From positions 8,617-72,616 of the forward strand of contig JANSXZ010000016.1 of assembly GCA_024742705.1 (NCBI GenBank): DNA of 64,000 nt, in the 5' to 3' direction. Position numbers and translations under genes: made by a program. The notes beneath the pieces are model-generated. The model worked only from the letters and a program-made list of their open reading frames with translations, was not told the origin of the DNA and searched no databases. The first letter of the stretch is position 1; each line of letters starts with the position of its first letter. Below, in pieces: positions 19,879-29,083 of this stretch. This DNA comes from Paracoccaceae bacterium. GTDB taxonomy: Bacteria > Pseudomonadota > Alphaproteobacteria > Rhodobacterales > Rhodobacteraceae.

Positions 19879-19956
19879 CTTTCCCCTCCCTGGTCCGCAT
19901 CTGCGTTGCGGTTGAATGAACGCTACAGAGCGGCAGAGCGCTCGGAAAATTCAAAG

Positions 19957-19976
19957 ATTCGTCCGGGCCATCGAAT
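19957..19976. promoter_or_regulatory. dyad ATTCG-N10-CGAAT in the divergent livG-operon/LysR intergenic region
   Basis: Perfect 5-bp inverted repeat 55 nt upstream of the LysR start, in the 153-bp divergent promoter region. It is a candidate LysR-type binding site. Confidence 0.35.
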
Positions 19977-20030
19977 TATTCTATGGTAAGGTGTCATCGT
20001 CGCCATTTGCCCAGGCCCGAGGCCCCGACC

Positions 20031-20951
20031 ATGCAGATCAAGAATATCAATTCAGTTCAGGTGTTTGGCGTCGTCGCCCACGTGCTGAATGTAACCCGCG
20101 CCGCGCAGACGCTGCACATCAGCCAGAGCTCGGTCAGCTACCACATTAAAAAATTGGAAGCAGACATGGGCGTGACGCTGTTCCGCCGTACCCCCACCGG
20201 CCTGGAACTGACCGAGGCGGGCACGCTGTTGTCGGCCTATGTCGATCGCGGCCTCGCGATGATCCGCACCGGCATGGAAAAAGCCGTCAGCCGCGCCGGC
20301 TCGGTCAAGCTGGCGGTTCTGCCGATGTTTTCCAGCCGCTGGCTTTCGTCGCGGCTGGGGTCGCTTCTGGAAGCGCACCCCGAACTGAACCTGTCGATCC
20401 AGAGCCACAACAACAGCTATGCGCGGAATGGCCAACCCGAACAATTCGCCGATCTGGGCATCCAGTGGGGGCGCGGGGCCTGGCCCGATTTCCGCGTCAC
20501 GCGGCTCTGGCCAGAGCGGCTGGTCGTGGTTTGCAGCCCCGACTACCTGCGCGATCACCCGATCGCTGCGCCCGCCGATCTGGAAACCTGCACGCTGCTG
20601 CATGTCGATGATGAAAGGATGTGGGCCGAATGGTTCGCAAACGCGGGCCTGACCCGCGCCGGCACCCAGCCGCAAATGATGCTCGAGGATCGGCATTTCC
20701 AGCTGAGCTCCACGATCAACGGTCTGGGCGTGTCGCTCTTCGCCGAATGGCTGGTGCAGGCCGAACTGTCTCAGGGCGCGCTGGTCGATCCCTTCGGGCA
20801 CGGATGGGACACGACCTTCGCCTACCATCTGATTCACCCGCGCGACGCACAGTTGCCTGTCGCCGCGCAGGTGGTGCACGACTGGATCATGGCCCTCTGC
20901 GCAGATCGCCGCGCGGGCGCTGGGCCGGCCTCAGCTGCCGACGCTGGCTAA
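20031..20951 (+). CDS. LysR family transcriptional regulator (GcvA-like)
   Basis: N-terminal HTH (LNVTRAAQTLHISQSSVSYHIKKLE); 306 aa from the ATG at 20031. Confidence 0.9.
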   Translation: MQIKNINSVQVFGVVAHVLNVTRAAQTLHISQSSVSYHIKKLEADMGVTLFRRTPTGLELTEAGTLLSAYVDRGLAMIRTGMEKAVSRAGSVKLAVLPMFSSRWLSSRLGSLLEAHPELNLSIQSHNNSYARNGQPEQFADLGIQWGRGAWPDFRVTRLWPERLVVVCSPDYLRDHPIAAPADLETCTLLHVDDERMWAEWFANAGLTRAGTQPQMMLEDRHFQLSSTINGLGVSLFAEWLVQAELSQGALVDPFGHGWDTTFAYHLIHPRDAQLPVAAQVVHDWIMALCADRRAGAGPASAADAG

Positions 20952-22286
20952 CCCGGCGTCGATGGCGGCCAGAACCTGGTCTACCTCGGCTTCCGTGATC
21001 GTCAGCGGCGGCGACAGCAGGATGTTGTTCATACCCAGCCGAACCATGCAGCCCGCGTCATAGATCACCGTATGCATCCGCGCCATCGTGGCATTGTCCA
21101 TCGGAGTGCGGGCGGTCTTGTCGCTGACCAGTTCAAGCGCCGTCATCAAACCATGGCCGCCGCGCACGTCACCGATGAAATCGTATTTCTCGGCCAGTTT
21201 CAGCGCCCCGCGATACATCTGCTCGCCGCGTGCCGCGGCATTGGTACGGGTGTCCAGACGCAGCGTTTCCGTCAGGCAGGCAACCACGGCCGCCGCGCCC
21301 ACGGGGTGCGCAGAATAGGTATAGCCGTGGAAGATCCCGTCGCTCGCGTCGGCACCTTCGAAAACCTCGGCAACCTTCTCGTTCACCATTGCCGCCCCGA
21401 CAGGGAAATACGCACTGGTAATGCCCTTGGCGGTGCTCATCATGTCCGGCTGCACCCCCCAATGGCGCGCGCCCGACCAGTCGCCGGTACGCCCAAAGCC
21501 GCAGATAACCTCGTCGCTGATCATCAGTATACCGTGCCGGTCGCAGATCTCGCGCATCAAGGGCATGAAGCTCGCATCCGGGACCAGAACACCGCCTGCG
21601 CCCAGAATCGGCTCCATTATGAAGGCTGCAATGCTGCCCGGCCCCTGGAACTGGATCTCGTCCTCCATCGCCGCGGCGATCTGCTGCGCCAGGGCGGCCG
21701 GATCGCTTTCACCGAATGGGTTGCGATAGGTGTAGGGCGCGGGAATGTGGAAACATCCGGGCAGCAACGGCTCATAGGCAACACGAAACCGGTTGTTGCC
21801 ATTCACCGAAGCGCCGCCGAAATGCGTGCCGTGATATCCCTTCTTCAGGCTCAGGAACTTCGTGCGCCCCGGCTCACCACGCAGCTTGTGATACTGCCGT
21901 GCCAGCCGCAGACAGGTCTCCACCGAATCCGACCCACCCGAGGTAAAGAACACCCGCGCCATGCCGTCCTCGGCGAAAAACTCGCGCACCATGTAAGACG
22001 CTTCGATGGCGGTCGGGTTCGACGTGCCGCCAAAGGCTGAATAATAGGGCAATTCGTAAAGCTGGCTGGCAATCGCTTCCTTCACCACCGGGTTCGAATA
22101 CCCGAGGTTCACACACCACAGCCCGCCAACCGCGTCGATCGTCGAATGCCCGTCGATATCCTCGATCCGCACACCTTCCGCGCGGGTTATGATCCGTGGC
22201 GGATTGTCCTGCAAAGCCCCCGGATGCCCCATCGGATGCCACAAGTGGCGCGCGTTGTTTTCACGCAGAAAATTATCGTCCTTCAT
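20931..22286 (-). CDS. class III (omega) aminotransferase, PLP-dependent
   Basis: LWHPMGHP, DEVICGFGRTG and the STAKG Lys motif; 451 aa. Confidence 0.9.
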   Translation of the reverse strand: MKDDNFLRENNARHLWHPMGHPGALQDNPPRIITRAEGVRIEDIDGHSTIDAVGGLWCVNLGYSNPVVKEAIASQLYELPYYSAFGGTSNPTAIEASYMVREFFAEDGMARVFFTSGGSDSVETCLRLARQYHKLRGEPGRTKFLSLKKGYHGTHFGGASVNGNNRFRVAYEPLLPGCFHIPAPYTYRNPFGESDPAALAQQIAAAMEDEIQFQGPGSIAAFIMEPILGAGGVLVPDASFMPLMREICDRHGILMISDEVICGFGRTGDWSGARHWGVQPDMMSTAKGITSAYFPVGAAMVNEKVAEVFEGADASDGIFHGYTYSAHPVGAAAVVACLTETLRLDTRTNAAARGEQMYRGALKLAEKYDFIGDVRGGHGLMTALELVSDKTARTPMDNATMARMHTVIYDAGCMVRLGMNNILLSPPLTITEAEVDQVLAAIDAGLASVGS

Positions 22287-22471
22287 GCCCGGCCCTCCTG
22301 TCAGCGCGAAGCGCGATCAAGCCACGTTCTCTTGCGCTTGGCAATGGGGTGAACCGCACCATGCGGCCATTTCGCGGCACTTGCCCGCGGCGCGCGCACC
22401 ATCCTGTTTCATCTTGCCCGACAAACTCCCGCCGGAGGCTCCCGAAACCGCAACGCAGACCGCCGCCCGGA

Positions 22472-23221
22472 TCAGCGCCGCAGGTCCGCCACACCCACGC
22501 CCGCCGCCTGGAAACCTCCGTCCGCGGCCAGAACCTGCCCGGTGATATAGCCGGCTTCGGGCGAGCACAGGAAAACGATGGCTTCGGCGATCTCCACCTC
22601 CGAACCATAGCGGTTCAGCGGGATCGTATCGTGATAGGCTTGGCGGATTTCCGGCGAATGAACCGCCAGCGCCAGTTTGGTGTTCACCGGGCCGGGTGCC
22701 ACGGCATTGGCGCGAATCCCCCGCTCGCCCAGTTCCACGGCCTGTTGCTGCGTCAGATGCGCAACCGCCGCCTTCGACGTGCCATAGGCCACCCGCAGCG
22801 TGCTGGCCCGCAGCCCCGAAATCGACGCCACGTTCACGATCGCGCCGCCCGGGCTCGCCATGAAGGGCAAACAGGCCTGGCTCACAAGGAACACGCCGTC
22901 GAGGTTGGTGGCCATCACCCGCCGCCAGCGGTCAAAGCTCGTTTCGGCGATCGGTCCGAAATCGGCGACGCCGGCGTTGTTGACAAGGGCGTCCAGCGTA
23001 CCGAAGCCAGCTTGCAGTTCGGCGGCCATCGCCGCGACCGCTTCGGGATCGCTGACATCGCAGATCACTGCATGCGCGCCCTCGGTTTCCCGCACCGCGA
23101 CCGCCAGTTCATCCGCGTCGCGGTCCAGCATCGCCACCCGCCAGCCGCGCCGCGCCAGAATACGCGCCGTCGCCAGCCCGATGCCCCGCGCCGCGCCTGT
23201 AATCAATGCCGTCTTGCCCAT
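22472..23221 (-). CDS. SDR family oxidoreductase
   Basis: TGAARGIGLA (TGxxxGxG) and YGTSKAAV (YxxxK). ATG at 23221 is preceded by AAGGGAG. Confidence 0.9.
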   Translation of the reverse strand: MGKTALITGAARGIGLATARILARRGWRVAMLDRDADELAVAVRETEGAHAVICDVSDPEAVAAMAAELQAGFGTLDALVNNAGVADFGPIAETSFDRWRRVMATNLDGVFLVSQACLPFMASPGGAIVNVASISGLRASTLRVAYGTSKAAVAHLTQQQAVELGERGIRANAVAPGPVNTKLALAVHSPEIRQAYHDTIPLNRYGSEVEIAEAIVFLCSPEAGYITGQVLAADGGFQAAGVGVADLRR

Positions 23222-23321
23222 CGCGATACTCCCTTGTCCGCGCGTCATTTTCCGCGCACCCCTGCCCGCGCGCCGCAAGCGGCATGTCGGGCCGCACCCG
23301 CGCCGCGGATGCGGCGCCGCG

Positions 23322-24635
23322 TCATGCCTCTTCGGGCAACACCAGGTTCAGCACCACCGCCACCAGCGCAGTGGGCGCCACCGCCGAGGTTGCCAGCGTC
23401 GCCACGACGCCCGGCAGATACTGGACCGCCGTAGGCACCAGGTTCAACCCCAGACCGGCCGCCAGCGACACCGCGATGATCACCATGTTGCGCCGGTTCA
23501 TGCGCACGTCGCACAGCACGTTCAGACCGGCGGCCGCGACCATCCCGAACATGACGATCACCCCGCCGCCCAGCACCGGCAAAGGCATCGCCGCGATCAC
23601 TGCGCCGATCTTGGGCACGAGGCCGCACAGGATCAGGAACAGCGCACCAATGGTAACGACGTGGCGGCTCATGATGCCGGTCATCCCGACGATCCCGACA
23701 TTCTGGCTGAAGGATGTGTTGGGCAGACCGCCGAACACAGCGGCGACGGCGGTGCCCAGACCGTCGGCAAAGGTGGCGCCGCGGATTTCCGCGTCGGTCG
23801 CCTCGCGGCCCGCGCCCGCCTTGGTCGTGGCCGATGCGTCGCCCACGGTTTCGATGGCCGATACCACCGATACCAGGGTCACCGCGATCACCGCGCCCAG
23901 AGAGAACTCGAACCCGTAGGGCAGCGGCGTGATGCCGGTCAGCCAGTCGGCCCGCCCGACGGCGGCGAAATTCACCATGCCCAGCACGAAGGCCAGCGCA
24001 TAGCCGACGATCAGCCCGATCAGGATACCCGCATTCGACAATGCCCCACGCGCAAAGAACTTCACCGCCAGCGCCACCACAACCACCGTCAACGCAACCG
24101 ACCAGTGCCGCAGCGAACCGAAGCTTTCGGCCTCCATCTGGAACGTCGCCGCGCCACCAGCGGCGTATTTGATCGCCACCGGGATCAGGTAAAGACCGAT
24201 CGCCAGGATCACCAGCCCGGTCACCAGCGGCGGAAACAGCCAGCGCAGCCTGCCGATGACCGTGCCCAGAAGAAAGTGCAGGCAGCCGCCGATCAGGCAG
24301 GCCGTCAGCGCCACGCCCAATCCCTGCGTCGCCGCCACCCCGGCCAGCACGCCGACAAACGCAAAGCTGGTGCCCTGCATGATCGGCAGGCGCGCGCCCA
24401 CCGGGCCCAGTCCGACGGTCTGGAAAAGCGTCGCGATCCCCGCGAACAACATCGCCATCTGGATCAGGTACACCTGTTCCGGGCCGCCAAAGGCCAGCCC
24501 GGCGGCCCCGGCCACGATGATCGAAGGCGTAACATTGGATGCGAACATCGCAAGGACGTGTTGCAGGCCCAGGGGCACCGCCTGAACCAGCGGCGGGGTG
24601 ACATCGGGGTCGGCGTAGCGGGTTGTGTCTGTCAT
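23322..24635 (-). CDS. nucleobase:cation symporter-2 (NCS2) family purine/xanthine-uric acid permease
   Basis: 437-aa polytopic protein with LGLQHVLAMF and NCS2-type motifs, adjacent to ureide catabolism genes. Confidence 0.88.
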   Translation of the reverse strand: MTDTTRYADPDVTPPLVQAVPLGLQHVLAMFASNVTPSIIVAGAAGLAFGGPEQVYLIQMAMLFAGIATLFQTVGLGPVGARLPIMQGTSFAFVGVLAGVAATQGLGVALTACLIGGCLHFLLGTVIGRLRWLFPPLVTGLVILAIGLYLIPVAIKYAAGGAATFQMEAESFGSLRHWSVALTVVVVALAVKFFARGALSNAGILIGLIVGYALAFVLGMVNFAAVGRADWLTGITPLPYGFEFSLGAVIAVTLVSVVSAIETVGDASATTKAGAGREATDAEIRGATFADGLGTAVAAVFGGLPNTSFSQNVGIVGMTGIMSRHVVTIGALFLILCGLVPKIGAVIAAMPLPVLGGGVIVMFGMVAAAGLNVLCDVRMNRRNMVIIAVSLAAGLGLNLVPTAVQYLPGVVATLATSAVAPTALVAVVLNLVLPEEA

Positions 24636-24683
24636 GGTCTCTCCTTTTGTCCTCCCTTGATTGGGAATGCCGGTTGTTCCGGC

Positions 24684-25181
24684 TTATGCCGCAACGATCC
24701 GCCAGGGCGGGTCGATACGGTGTTCTTGCAGGTTGGCGCCGGGCCCGATGCGGTCGACGACCGCGAACAGCCCCGGTTCGTGCAGCGGCGTCAGAACCCC
24801 GTGCCATGTGCCCCGGTGAAAGTTGATCGCCTGGCCCGGCGCCGTCAGGAAGGCCACCGGCACGCCCGGCACACCCCCCGCGTCCGGCGCCGCGATCACA
24901 AGGAACGGATGCTGCGACATCGGCACGAAGGCCTGGCTGCCGTCGGGGTGACGTTCCATCAGGTCCAGATGGTAGGGAAGGCTGCGCGGTCGGGCGTGAA
25001 ACAGGCTCAGCCCGGCGCGCCCGCCGGCATCGAACGCCATCGTGGCGCGGTCATGATAGCGCCCGCACAACCCGGCGTTGATGATCCGGTCCGGCGCGCC
25101 GGTACATTCCAGAACATCGCCGAAGGGCGCGAAACCGGCCGCTGTCAGGGGCTGGCACCGGATATCGCGCGCCCCGGTCAA
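24684..25181 (-). CDS. allA: ureidoglycolate lyase
   Basis: PLTAAGFAPFGDVLE...INFHRGTWH is typical AllA. There is no in-frame ATG, so I infer a TTG start at 25181 that overlaps the upstream stop (TTGA). Confidence 0.8.
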   Translation of the reverse strand: MTGARDIRCQPLTAAGFAPFGDVLECTGAPDRIINAGLCGRYHDRATMAFDAGGRAGLSLFHARPRSLPYHLDLMERHPDGSQAFVPMSQHPFLVIAAPDAGGVPGVPVAFLTAPGQAINFHRGTWHGVLTPLHEPGLFAVVDRIGPGANLQEHRIDPPWRIVAA

Positions 25182-25993
25182 AGCGACACATGACGGTTCA
25201 CGTCCTTGTACAGCATGTACCGGAAGGGCTCGTCTCCGGTGGCAATGCAGGCCTGCGGACAAAAGGCGCGCAGCCACATGAAATCGCCCGGCCCGACCGT
25301 CACCCAATCGGTGTTCAGAAGATACCGCGCCGTGCCCTGCAGAACATATAGTCCGTGTTCCATCACGTGGGTTTCGGCAAAGGGGATGCGCCCGCCGGGC
25401 TGAAACGTGACGATATTGACGTGCATGTCGTGGCGAACATCGGCGGGATCGACAAAACGCGTCGTGGCCCAGACACCGCCACAGTCGGGCATGGCCACCG
25501 GTGCCACCTCATGATCCGATGTGACAAAAGCCTGGGGCGGAACGATGCCGTCAGCCCCCTGCCAGCGTTTGCGCACCCAGTGAAACCGGCAGGACGCGTC
25601 GTTATGGTTCCACAGCGACCATGCCGTGCCCGGCGGAATATAGGCATAGCTTCCTGCCGTCAGCATGTGCGGTACGCCATCCATGCGCAGCTGTGCCTGC
25701 CCTTCTGCCAACAGAAGAACCCCCTGCGCCCCTGCATCGGGTTCGGGCCTGTCGCTGCCGCCGCCCGGGGCCAGTTCCACGGCGTATTGCGCAAAGGTTT
25801 CGGCAAATCCGCCAAGCGGGCGGGCCAGGATCCACGCCCGCGCGTTGCTCCAGCCGGGCAGGACGCTGGTGACGATATCGCGCTGCGTCACCGCCGGCAG
25901 CACCGCATAGGCGGTGGTGAAGATCGCTGTTCCTTCGGGATTGACGGATTGATCGGGCAGCCCGCCCGGCGGGAAGGCATAATGGCGGGTCAT
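25178..25993 (-). CDS. (S)-ureidoglycine aminohydrolase (bicupin)
   Basis: 271-aa two-cupin protein with AllE/UGlyAH-like sequence. Overlaps the puuE-uraD stop (ATGA). Confidence 0.8.
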   Translation of the reverse strand: MTRHYAFPPGGLPDQSVNPEGTAIFTTAYAVLPAVTQRDIVTSVLPGWSNARAWILARPLGGFAETFAQYAVELAPGGGSDRPEPDAGAQGVLLLAEGQAQLRMDGVPHMLTAGSYAYIPPGTAWSLWNHNDASCRFHWVRKRWQGADGIVPPQAFVTSDHEVAPVAMPDCGGVWATTRFVDPADVRHDMHVNIVTFQPGGRIPFAETHVMEHGLYVLQGTARYLLNTDWVTVGPGDFMWLRAFCPQACIATGDEPFRYMLYKDVNRHVSL

Positions 25994-27453
25994 GTCGTTT
26001 CTCCTGGGCCGGTGCCGGTTCCGGCAGATGGGGGCGGCGAAGCCAGCATGTCTTGCAGCCGCAACCGTGCGATGCGTTCGACCTGACGGCAGGCTTCGGC
26101 AAACTCCACCTCGGAGGGTTGCGCGATCCGCCTTTCGAAAGCAGCGAGAATCGCGGCCTTGTCGTGGTCGCGGACCGCGATGATGAAGGGAAATCCGTGC
26201 CGCGCGACATATTCGGCGTTCAGCGCGGTGAAACGTGCGCGCTCCGCGTCGGTCAGCGCGTCCAGACCGGCCCCCGCCTGCTCTTGCGCGCTTTCGGCGG
26301 TAAGGCGGCGGGCCGCCGCCAGCTTGCCCGCCAGATCGGGGTGCGCGCGCAGCACTGCCAGCCGCGCGTCGGGCGTGGCCGTGCGAAACACCCGCGCCAG
26401 CGCATTGTGCAGCCCGGCGGGACGGTCATGAACGGCGCCCAGTTCCAGATCGTGGGCCGCTTCGGCGATCCAGGGAGAGTGTTCGAAAACCCCGCCGAAG
26501 CGTTCGACGAAACGGGCGCGATCCATCTGCGACGGGCGTTCGCGCCTTGTCGGCGGATGCATGCGGGCCCAATGCCGGGCAATGTCGATCCGGCGCGCGC
26601 ACCACACGCCCTCATGGGACTGGACGTGGTCGATGAACCGCCGCAACGCCAGGGCGCGGCCGGGCCGCCCGACGAGACGACAGTGCAGCCCCACCGACAT
26701 CATCCGCGGCGCGCCCGCCTCGCCTTCGGCATAGAGCATGTCGAAGGTGTCGCGGAGGTAGTTCAGAAACTGATCGCCCGCGTTGAACCCCTGCGGCGTG
26801 GCAAAGCGCATATCGTTGGCATCGAGCGTGTAGGGCACAATCAGCTGATCGCGCCCCGAAACCGACAGCCAATAGGGCAAATCATCGTCATAGGTGTCCG
26901 ATACATAATCCATCTGCCCGGTTTCGGCGACCAGGCGCACGGTGTTCATCGAGGCACGCCCGGTGTACCAGCCGCGCGGCGGCGCGCCGGTCACTTCGGT
27001 GTGCAGGGCGATGGCCTGCGCGATCTGGGCCCGTTCCTCGGCTTCAGGCATGTCCTTGTGTTCGATCCACTTCAGGCCGTGACTGGCGATTTCCCAATCG
27101 GCCTCGATCATGGCGGCCACCTGTTCGGGCGCGCGCGCCAGCGCGGTGGCCACGCCATAGACCGTGACCGGGATGCCGGCCGCCGTGAACAGCCTGTGCA
27201 GCCGCCAGAAACCGGCGCGCGCGCCGTAATCATAGATCGATTCCATGTTCCAGTGCCGCTGGCCCGGCCAGGCGGCGGCGCCGACGATCTCGGACAGGAA
27301 CGCCTCGGACGCGGCATCGCCATGCAGGATGTTGTTTTCGCCACCCTCTTCATAGTTCAGAACGAATTGCACCGCGATCCGGGCATTGCCCGGCCATTGC
27401 GGGTGGGGCGGCACCGGGCCGTGGCCGATCATGTCGCGCGGATAGCGGATCAT
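25990..27453 (-). CDS. puuE-uraD: bifunctional allantoinase PuuE (polysaccharide-deacetylase type) / OHCU decarboxylase UraD fusion
   Basis: The N-terminal roughly 300 aa are PuuE-like (RIAVQFVLNYEEGGE, HGLKWIEH). The C-terminal roughly 165 aa are OHCU-decarboxylase-like (FGGVFEHSPWIAE, HPDLAGK, FPFIIAVR). Confidence 0.85.
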   Translation of the reverse strand: MIRYPRDMIGHGPVPPHPQWPGNARIAVQFVLNYEEGGENNILHGDAASEAFLSEIVGAAAWPGQRHWNMESIYDYGARAGFWRLHRLFTAAGIPVTVYGVATALARAPEQVAAMIEADWEIASHGLKWIEHKDMPEAEERAQIAQAIALHTEVTGAPPRGWYTGRASMNTVRLVAETGQMDYVSDTYDDDLPYWLSVSGRDQLIVPYTLDANDMRFATPQGFNAGDQFLNYLRDTFDMLYAEGEAGAPRMMSVGLHCRLVGRPGRALALRRFIDHVQSHEGVWCARRIDIARHWARMHPPTRRERPSQMDRARFVERFGGVFEHSPWIAEAAHDLELGAVHDRPAGLHNALARVFRTATPDARLAVLRAHPDLAGKLAAARRLTAESAQEQAGAGLDALTDAERARFTALNAEYVARHGFPFIIAVRDHDKAAILAAFERRIAQPSEVEFAEACRQVERIARLRLQDMLASPPPSAGTGTGPGETT

Positions 27454-27510
27454 CGCATCCTCCTGCCGTGGTTCGGATCACCCATTGGTAGGCCGATTGG
27501 CGCGGCGCGG

Positions 27511-27537
27511 GTTTCAAAAAATACTTGAAACAGTTTC
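27511..27537. promoter_or_regulatory. candidate operator GTTTCAA-N7-TTGAAAC plus an extra GTTTC half-site in the puuE-uraD/uraH divergent region
   Basis: Perfect 7-bp inverted repeat at 27511-27531, followed by AGTTTC (27532-27537). It sits within an AT-rich patch of a 150-bp divergent intergenic region. Confidence 0.55.
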
Positions 27538-27602
27538 TGCCGTGCCTTCGCAGCCGGTTTCCGGCTAACCTGTGACGCCGACGCCCAACAAAGGAGCATC
27601 CG

Positions 27603-27968
27603 ATGACCGCAGGCTATCTGACCACCCACGTTCTGGATACCGCCACGGGCCAACCGGCGGCGGATCTGAAGATCGTCCTTTACCGCCTGGATGACGGGAG
27701 CGGTGCGGCCAGCGCGATCGCCGAAGCGCGCACCAACCGGGATGGCCGCACCGATACGCCGATCCTTCCGGCCGACAAATTCGCCGTTGGCCGCTATGAA
27801 CTGGTGTTTCACGCGGGCGCTTACCTTGACGCGCAGGGCGCCGCGCCGCCCGCGCCGCGGTTTCTGGACGAGATACCGATCCGGTTCGGCATCGCCGATC
27901 CGCAGGCGCACTACCATGTGCCCTTGCTGCTGTCGCCTTACGGGTATTCAACCTATCGCGGCAGCTGA
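27603..27968 (+). CDS. uraH: 5-hydroxyisourate hydrolase (transthyretin-like)
   Basis: [14 protein letters not shown] and the C-terminal YSTYRGS signature; 121 aa. AAAGGAG RBS. Confidence 0.93.
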   Translation: MTAGYLTTHVLDTATGQPAADLKIVLYRLDDGSGAASAIAEARTNRDGRTDTPILPADKFAVGRYELVFHAGAYLDAQGAAPPAPRFLDEIPIRFGIADPQAHYHVPLLLSPYGYSTYRGS

Positions 27969-28033
27969 GCCGTTCTTGCCAAGCGCCGGCCCCCATGCAA
28001 CGCTGCGGATGAATTCGTGACCGGACGATTGCC

Positions 28034-29020
28034 ATGACACAGACCCATCTTCAGGCCGCGCAACTGCCCACCGTCGCGCCCGCGCGCAATCCCGGCATGC
28101 CGCTCGACATGGCGTGGGTGCGCGCCGTGCAGGCCAATACATCGGCCATCGAACGGCGGGTGGCGACCTTGCCGGGGCGGCGGTCGGTTAAGGGGCCGCA
28201 TCAGGCGGCGTGGCTGCTGCGGGCGATCACCTGTATCGATCTGACCACGCTGGCCGGCGACGACACCGCGGGGCGCGTCGCGCGGCTGTGCGCCAAGGCG
28301 CGCCAGCCGGTGCGCCACGACCTGCTGGCGGCGCTGGACATGCCGCCGGTGACGGTGGGCGCGGTCTGTGTCTATCACGACATGGTCGCGCCGGCGGTGG
28401 CGCATCTGGAAGGCACGGGCATCCCTGTGGCAGCCGTTTCCACGGGGTTTCCCGCCGGGCTGTCGCCGTTTCACCTGCGGGTGGCCGAGATCGAGGAAAG
28501 CGTGCGCGCCGGCGCCGCCGAAATCGACATCGTGATCTCGCGGCGTCACGTTCTGGGTGGCGACTGGCAGGCGCTCTATGATGAAATGCGTGCCTTTCGC
28601 GCGGCTTGCGGAGAGGCGCATGTGAAGGCGATCCTGGCCACCGGCGAGCTGGGCAGTCTGCGCAACGTGGCGCGCGCATCGCTGGTGTGCATGATGGCGG
28701 GGGCGGATTTCATCAAGACATCGACCGGCAAGGAAAGCGTGAATGCGACGCTTCCGGTCACGCTGAGCATGGTGCGGGCGATCCGGGCCTATCATGCGCG
28801 TACCGGTGTAGCGGTGGGTTACAAACCGGCGGGCGGCATATCGAAGGCCCGCGATGCTCTGATCTACCTGGCGCTGATCAAGGAGGAGCTTGGCGATGCC
28901 TGGCTGCGGCCGGCGCTGTTCCGGTTCGGGGCGTCTTCCTTGCTGGGTGACATCGAACGGCAACTGGAACACCATGTGAGCGGGTATTATTCCGCGGGGC
29001 ATCGCCATGCGGCGGGGTGA
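28034..29020 (+). CDS. deoC: deoxyribose-phosphate aldolase (long form)
   Basis: ITCIDLTTLAGDDT and the Schiff-base Lys motif FIKTSTGK; 328 aa. Confidence 0.85.
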   Translation: MTQTHLQAAQLPTVAPARNPGMPLDMAWVRAVQANTSAIERRVATLPGRRSVKGPHQAAWLLRAITCIDLTTLAGDDTAGRVARLCAKARQPVRHDLLAALDMPPVTVGAVCVYHDMVAPAVAHLEGTGIPVAAVSTGFPAGLSPFHLRVAEIEESVRAGAAEIDIVISRRHVLGGDWQALYDEMRAFRAACGEAHVKAILATGELGSLRNVARASLVCMMAGADFIKTSTGKESVNATLPVTLSMVRAIRAYHARTGVAVGYKPAGGISKARDALIYLALIKEELGDAWLRPALFRFGASSLLGDIERQLEHHVSGYYSAGHRHAAG

Positions 29021-29083
29021 CGGCGGGATGCACGGTGGCGCCGCGAGTATTTTCGGAACAATGAAGGCACCGGGAGCGCCGCG

